This document shows positions 58,885 to 64,000 of a stretch of DNA of 64,000 nt, one piece after another; within the stretch, counting starts at the first letter, position 1; each line of letters begins with the position of its first letter. This DNA comes from an uncultured Candidatus Actinomarina sp. (GTDB taxonomy: Bacteria; Actinomycetota; Acidimicrobiia; Actinomarinales; Actinomarinaceae). The notes under the pieces were generated by a model. It worked only from the letters and a program-made list of their open reading frames with translations. It searched no databases and was not told the DNA's origin. The stretch spans positions 16,273 to 80,272 of the forward strand of contig CACHTH010000003.1 in NCBI GenBank assembly GCA_902582695.1. Direction: 5' to 3'. Both the position numbers and the translations under genes were made by a program.

Positions 58885-59649
58885 TTGTTGACCTCAAGTA
58901 AACTTAATAAAGTGCAAGAAATATTAAGTAATCTCGTTGCAGAACAGCAATTATTAGATCAATACCTTCAAAGTATTCCTGTTAGAAATTGGAATACTAA
59001 AACTACATACAAAAATTGGGATATCACAGCTCATGTTAGCTACCTTGCAGCTCTTGAAGATCTTGCTCACAATGCACTAAAGAAAAAAGGTACTGACTTT
59101 AATAAATATAAAGGGCCTAAGGGTTTAGAAAAATTTGAAAAAGAAGCAATTAAAAAAGGAAATGACATGAGACCACAAGATGTTATTGAATGGTGGAGAA
59201 TGTCTAGAGCTTCTGTCATTGAAACATTAGCTAAATCATCTCCAGGAAAAAAATTAACTTGGTGGAAAAATGAAATTGATTGTAGAACGTTCGCAGTCAC
59301 TAAACTGGCAGAGACATGGGCACACAGTTTAGATGTTTATGATGCAATGAAAAAAGATTACCAAGACACTGTTCGCGTTGAGCACGTAGCGCTTTTTGGA
59401 TGGCTAAATGCAGAACGAGCAAGTAAGGTCAATAAAACTAAATATCAAGATTTAAGAATAGAGCTAATCGGACCAGAATATAAGGCTTGGCAGTTTGGTG
59501 ATGAAGAAAGCGAAAATAGTATAAAAGGAAATGCTAGTGACTGGTGTAGAGTGGTTACTGGCAGAGTACCCAAGGGTCATAAACTTACACTTTCTACTGA
59601 AGGTGATTTTGCCAAAAAATTCGTTAAATTTAATCACGTAAAAATATAA
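58885..59649 (+). CDS. Mycothiol-dependent maleylpyruvate isomerase family (MDMPI/DinB-like) protein
   Basis: L.AEQ..LD, W...T....W.I..HVSYLA, ETWAHSLD, GP....W.FG. Confidence 0.82.
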   Translation: MLTSSKLNKVQEILSNLVAEQQLLDQYLQSIPVRNWNTKTTYKNWDITAHVSYLAALEDLAHNALKKKGTDFNKYKGPKGLEKFEKEAIKKGNDMRPQDVIEWWRMSRASVIETLAKSSPGKKLTWWKNEIDCRTFAVTKLAETWAHSLDVYDAMKKDYQDTVRVEHVALFGWLNAERASKVNKTKYQDLRIELIGPEYKAWQFGDEESENSIKGNASDWCRVVTGRVPKGHKLTLSTEGDFAKKFVKFNHVKI

Positions 59650-60410
59650 TGCAAGTTTATGGAGTAGTTCACTTAAAAAGCCTCCCTGGCTCCCCTTCTA
59701 ACAGGTTAACTATTGATGAAATTATTGATTCCGCACAAGAAGATGTTAATAGTTTAGTTTATGGTGGTGTTGATGGAATCATAATTGAAAATTTTGGAGA
59801 CACTCCTTTTGTGAAAGATGATATTTCTAAACGTACTCTTGCTAGCTTTACTACAGTTGTAGAAAATTTATCAATAGAAAGAGATATTAAAGTTGGAATA
59901 AATGTTCTAAGAAATGATGGTATTGCAGCTCTTGCAATTGCCGAGGCTACTAAATCACAGTTTGTAAGAATCAATGTTTTAAATAACACTATGTTCACCG
60001 ATCAGGGCGTTATAGAAGGTGATGCTCACGGAGTTAATCAGTTTAAATCAAGCCTCAATAGTTATGTAGAAATTTATGCTGATGTATTTGTTAAACATGC
60101 TGTACCACCTCCCGGTTCAAAAATTGAAAACCATGCAGAAGAATTGATTCATAGAGCTGGTGCAGATGTGGTGATTGTTACAGGAGATGGTACTGGACAT
60201 GAAATAAATATTGAAGATTTACAAAAAGTAAGAAACATTGTTCCAACTGGTAAACTGGCTATTGGATCAGGAGTAACTTCAACAAATGTAGATGCCTATC
60301 AAGATTTGGCAGACATACTGATTGTAGGTACTAGTTTTAAATTTGAAAACGATGTAGCTAAAAGGGTTGACATCAATAGAGTTGAAGAGTTAGTAAGAAA
60401 AATAAAATAA
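59649..60410 (+). CDS. BtpA/SgcQ family TIM-barrel protein
   Basis: GVVHL..LPGSP, IENFGDTPF, GINVLRND, ADVFVKHA, IGSGV. Confidence 0.93.
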   Translation: MQVYGVVHLKSLPGSPSNRLTIDEIIDSAQEDVNSLVYGGVDGIIIENFGDTPFVKDDISKRTLASFTTVVENLSIERDIKVGINVLRNDGIAALAIAEATKSQFVRINVLNNTMFTDQGVIEGDAHGVNQFKSSLNSYVEIYADVFVKHAVPPPGSKIENHAEELIHRAGADVVIVTGDGTGHEINIEDLQKVRNIVPTGKLAIGSGVTSTNVDAYQDLADILIVGTSFKFENDVAKRVDINRVEELVRKIK

Positions 60411-60460
60411 TTTTTATTACTACAGTACAAATCTGTTACTTAACTATCATTTTTATTTGA

Positions 60461-61399
60461 ATGGAAGCCATACTTAATCCAGCACTACTATTGTTCCTTT
60501 TAGGAATTCTGATTGGAACTCTATTTAAATTAATTCTTCCTAACTCTATTTCTAAATACTTGGGATATTATTTGTTGCTTTCACTGGGACTTAAAGGTGG
60601 TGCAAGCCTTCAAGAAAATGGATTTATAAATGAAGTTATAAGCGCATTAACACTTGGAGTAGTGTTTGCTCTTTTAATTCCAATTATTGCTTATCTTTAT
60701 CTTAAAAATTTACTCAATAGTGACGATGCAGCCGCACTCTCTGGAACTTACGGATCAGTAAGTGCTGTTACATTTGTGACAGCTATTGCATATCTTACAA
60801 GTACTAATCAAAACTTTGATAACTATATGTCTGCTGTTTTAGTTGTGATGGAGTTCCCAGCAATATTTATGGCACTCTATTTAGTTACACAAAACAAACA
60901 AAATAAAAGTAATAATTTTGAGACTATTAAGACAGCATTTTTAGAAATACCAAATATCATTTTGATCTCATCCTTGTTTATAGGATATTTTGTCAATCAA
61001 ACACTTTTATCTAATTTAGATTTCATAATTGTTGAAATATTTGATTACGTTTTATATGTGTTTTTATTTGTTATGGGAACTAGGGTCGCAAAGAGAATTG
61101 GAGAACTTAAAGGCAAAGGAGCTAGCCTAATTGCTTTTGCTTTATGTACTCCATTGATTGGTTCTATTATTGCTTTACTGGCATCTCTAAACTTTAATTT
61201 TTCTGTCGGCAACGCAACATTGCTTATGGTGTTAACAGCAAGTGCAAGCTATATTGCAGTACCAGCAGTTGTAAAAGACGCTATACCAAATGCAAATCCT
61301 GCTATATACCTTGGACTTAGTTTGGGTGTCACATTTCCATTCAATATCATTGTTGGAATACCTTTATATAACGAACTAGCTAAATACTTTATTGGCTAA
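60461..61399 (+). CDS. sbtA: Sodium-dependent bicarbonate transporter SbtA family
   Basis: YLLLSLGLKGG, YGSVSAVTF, MEFPAI, ASASYIAVPA, SLGVTFPFNI.VGIPLY. Confidence 0.92.
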   Translation: MEAILNPALLLFLLGILIGTLFKLILPNSISKYLGYYLLLSLGLKGGASLQENGFINEVISALTLGVVFALLIPIIAYLYLKNLLNSDDAAALSGTYGSVSAVTFVTAIAYLTSTNQNFDNYMSAVLVVMEFPAIFMALYLVTQNKQNKSNNFETIKTAFLEIPNIILISSLFIGYFVNQTLLSNLDFIIVEIFDYVLYVFLFVMGTRVAKRIGELKGKGASLIAFALCTPLIGSIIALLASLNFNFSVGNATLLMVLTASASYIAVPAVVKDAIPNANPAIYLGLSLGVTFPFNIIVGIPLYNELAKYFIG

Positions 61400-62107
61400 T
61401 TAGAGAAGGAATCCTCCATCAATGGTTACAACTTCGCCTGTAATCCATGATGCATCATCACTTGAAAGAAAGTAAATCAAACTAGCTATATCTTCTGGTT
61501 CTCCTAGTTTTTTAAGAGCATGAAGGTCCGCACTTCCCTGCTCATCCCCTGCCCAAAGCATTTCTGAAAGCTTAGTTTTAACCACCGCTGGAGCAATACC
61601 ATTCACTCTAATATCAGGCGCAAGTTCCATTGCTAATTGTTTTGTCATATAAATCAATCCTGCTTTTGATATATTATAAGCTCCCATATAGTGCGCAGGC
61701 TTAATTCCACCAACAGAACAGACATTCAGAACAGATTCTTTTAATCCAGCTTTTACAGCTTCTCTTGTCCACATTAAAGGACCCATTAAATTTACATCCC
61801 ATGTTTTTTGTACTGCTGATAAATCAACATCCAATAAGCTTCCACCAGAAGGGTTTGTACCAGCATTGTTAATTAAAACATCTAAAGACCCTGTTTCATC
61901 CACAATTTTTTTACAAGTCTCTGTTGCAGCAGCAAGATCATCCGCTCTTGCAACGAAACCCTTTAACTGTGAATTTTCAGAAAGTACCGCTTCTAGATTC
62001 TCCTCTTTTCTAGAAGTGATGAATACATTCCAACCTTGATCAATAAATTTTTGAGCAGTGGAAAGACCTATACCTCTTGTTCCACCGGTTACAAGTGCAG
62101 TTTTCAT
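61400..62107 (-). CDS. SDR family oxidoreductase
   Basis: TGGTRGIG, NNAG, YNISK, WITGE...IDGG; start moved to ATG 62107. Confidence 0.93.
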   Translation of the reverse strand: MKTALVTGGTRGIGLSTAQKFIDQGWNVFITSRKEENLEAVLSENSQLKGFVARADDLAAATETCKKIVDETGSLDVLINNAGTNPSGGSLLDVDLSAVQKTWDVNLMGPLMWTREAVKAGLKESVLNVCSVGGIKPAHYMGAYNISKAGLIYMTKQLAMELAPDIRVNGIAPAVVKTKLSEMLWAGDEQGSADLHALKKLGEPEDIASLIYFLSSDDASWITGEVVTIDGGFLL

Positions 62108-62153
62108 TATTGTTAAAGTATAGTAGTTATTTCTCAATTCAGTTACAGTTGAA

Positions 62154-63392
62154 ATGCAAATGGAAAATTTTCAAAAATATAGAGTATTACTTACGCAAAA
62201 CCAAAACTTTCGAAAACTATTTGCTGCTCGTTTAATCACACTAGGTGGAGATTGGTTATTAACCGTGCCTCTCTTAGGTATAATTTACGAGTTAACTGAA
62301 AATCCATTTATCACCTCTCTTGTGTTAGTGGTTCAAAGTGCGCCGTTATTTATGCTTGGAAGCTTTGGTGGTTACTTGGCAGATAGATTCGATAGGAAAA
62401 AAATAATCGCAATTTCAGAGTTCTTATCAGGAATGACGGTGTTGTTAATTCTTTACGCAGTAACAACTGAAAATGTTGCATTTATTTTGTTTTCATTTGG
62501 ATTGCTTTCCGTTGTAGGTTCTCCATACATGCCTACTTCTGATGCAGCTTTGCCAAACGTTGTAAAAAAGGAAAATTTAGCTGAAGCAAATGTTATATTT
62601 TTTTCAAGTTGGGGTGTGATGGCCGGTCTAGGTGCTGGTCTTGGAGGTTACTTAACAACAGTCATAAGTAGAAATATGTTATTTGCAATCGATAGTTTAA
62701 CCTTTGTGCTTTCAGCTTTAATAGTTTTCTCGATAAAGAAAAATTTGAGTGAAAAATCTCAGGATAAAGATGAAGAAGAGGATATAAGTTATAAAGAAGG
62801 TCTTAAATATGCTGCATCAAAGAAAGAAATTTTTTCCTTAATTATTACAAAAGCAACATTTAGTATCTCAGCTAGCGGTTTACTCTCTTTGTTTACTGTT
62901 CTCTCTTATGATATTTACAAAACTGGTGATTTTGGTACAGGACTTATGTTTGGTGCAAGAGGTGTTGGTGCTTTGATTGGACCAATTGCAATTAGATATT
63001 TTTTTGGAAGCACAGATGGAAAACTGCTGAATACGATAGGGATAACGATAATGGCTTGGGGTTTGTTTTATTTCTTTATACCGTTTTCAGTATCACTGTA
63101 TTTAACAGTATTGTTATTAATTCTTGGACATTCTGGTGGTGGCTCACAGTGGGCATTTTCTACATATGGACTACAAGTGCTGACACCAGATAGGCTCAGG
63201 GGAAGAATTGCTGGAATTGATTACTCACTTTATTTTCTAATGAATACAATTTCAACTCTTATGATTGGATACCTTGCAACAATATATGGCGTGCTTTTTG
63301 TCTTTAAACTATTTCCTGTACTAGGTTTTATATTCGGATTTGTGTGGTATTTATCCACTAGAAATATTTGGAAGAATTTAGATAAAACTTAA
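62154..63392 (+). CDS. MFS transporter
   Basis: GYLADRFDRKK motif A, about 12 TM segments, PDRLRGR. Confidence 0.92.
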   Translation: MQMENFQKYRVLLTQNQNFRKLFAARLITLGGDWLLTVPLLGIIYELTENPFITSLVLVVQSAPLFMLGSFGGYLADRFDRKKIIAISEFLSGMTVLLILYAVTTENVAFILFSFGLLSVVGSPYMPTSDAALPNVVKKENLAEANVIFFSSWGVMAGLGAGLGGYLTTVISRNMLFAIDSLTFVLSALIVFSIKKNLSEKSQDKDEEEDISYKEGLKYAASKKEIFSLIITKATFSISASGLLSLFTVLSYDIYKTGDFGTGLMFGARGVGALIGPIAIRYFFGSTDGKLLNTIGITIMAWGLFYFFIPFSVSLYLTVLLLILGHSGGGSQWAFSTYGLQVLTPDRLRGRIAGIDYSLYFLMNTISTLMIGYLATIYGVLFVFKLFPVLGFIFGFVWYLSTRNIWKNLDKT

Positions 63393-64000
63393 GGTACTAA
63401 TTCAGAAAATATGTAAAAATCTCTCTGATTGCTAGACCCATCTTCAACATCAGTTGTTGAATTCCATGAAGGAGCTGTTATTGCCTGTCCAATAAATTGA
63501 ACGAAACCTTTTTGATATGCGAAGTAAGCCCCTGGAACGACTCCACATGTAAATTGAGAATAATCAAAATAGTCTTCTACATCTACACTACTGTCACCAT
63601 TGTCATAATCACCAGTTAATGAAATTAACGCAAACATATAATCTTTAGCTAAATTGTAATCTCCCCACCAGGGATTAGCTCTAAACCTAACTTTTGTAGT
63701 GTCATTCCATTTTCTACATTCTACGTTCAAAGCATATGTATTTGAACCATCGACATTTACATAGTAGCCATCAGGACAGTCCACAGTATCACTTGTACTT
63801 AATGAGACATAACTTGCATTAGAAAAATCATTCGATGTTCTTGAGTCTTTATATCTCCATGTAATTGACCCACCATCTGATACAACAACAGTATTAGTTG
63901 TATTTGTGGTACCACCAGAAATAGATTGATTTGTTTGTGCAGTCGTGAAACTACTTCCACTATTTGTTGAATACTCAACTAGATAATAAACTGTATAGCT
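63389..64000 (-). CDS. C-terminal part of a Ser/Thr-rich extracellular protein (5' end outside window)
   Basis: Frame of the 63389-63784 ORF stays open to the window end: SYTVYYLVEYSTNSGSSFTTAQ...ITWRYKDS. Confidence 0.7.
   Translation of the reverse strand, partial: SYTVYYLVEYSTNSGSSFTTAQTNQSISGGTTNTTNTVVVSDGGSITWRYKDSRTSNDFSNASYVSLSTSDTVDCPDGYYVNVDGSNTYALNVECRKWNDTTKVRFRANPWWGDYNLAKDYMFALISLTGDYDNGDSSVDVEDYFDYSQFTCGVVPGAYFAYQKGFVQFIGQAITAPSWNSTTDVEDGSSNQRDFYIFSELVP

Noticed and set aside
191-59998. Many short antisense ORFs in the track (e.g. 191-412, 1966-2250, 16152-16927, 45796-46152, 47044-47244, 47535-47804, 59759-59998)
   Set aside because: Shadow frames overlapping well-supported genes, with no recognisable motifs
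1-64000. Genome-wide UGA reassignment (code 4 or 25)
   Set aside because: Several genes end properly at TGA (2607, 4428, 4993, 5471, 28318) and Trp uses TGG; only 47261 interrupts a domain

Overview
AT-rich (~30% GC by eye), very gene-dense bacterial chromosome segment, genetic code 11. Gene content and order match the conserved actinobacterial core: yebC-pdxT-pdxS-pimA-patA-pgsA-thrS, tRNA Gly/Cys/Val, dut, nrdR-LysM-lexA, dapF-miaA-miaB-recA-cinA, ftsK-dapA-dapB. Actinobacterial SOS boxes and F420- and mycothiol-type enzymes are also present. Together with the low GC and tiny intergenic spaces, this suggests a streamlined marine actinobacterium such as Ca. Actinomarina (inference). The window also holds a glycine cleavage operon, glpK, a phnDCEE ABC transporter, SbtA, and a ~13 kb patchwork of short accessory genes next to the 3' end of tRNA-Val. 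Top observations: (1) a TlpA/thioredoxin-like lipoprotein with an in-frame TGA in a UxxC motif followed by a SECIS-like hairpin (probable selenoprotein, 47051-47533); (2) a vWA + MoxR-type AAA pair whose ATPase has reciprocally swapped Walker A/B residues (GKD and LSE); (3) an Hjc-like resolvase at the usual ruvC position; (4) a dUTPase that seems to start at CTG; (5) a shared TTGTCATA + SOS-box promoter layout at recA and the LysM gene; (6) two candidate sRNAs, several unannotated microproteins and pervasive leaderless gene starts. No CRISPR, rRNA, integrase or transposase was seen. All calls come from motif recognition by eye; no searches were run.
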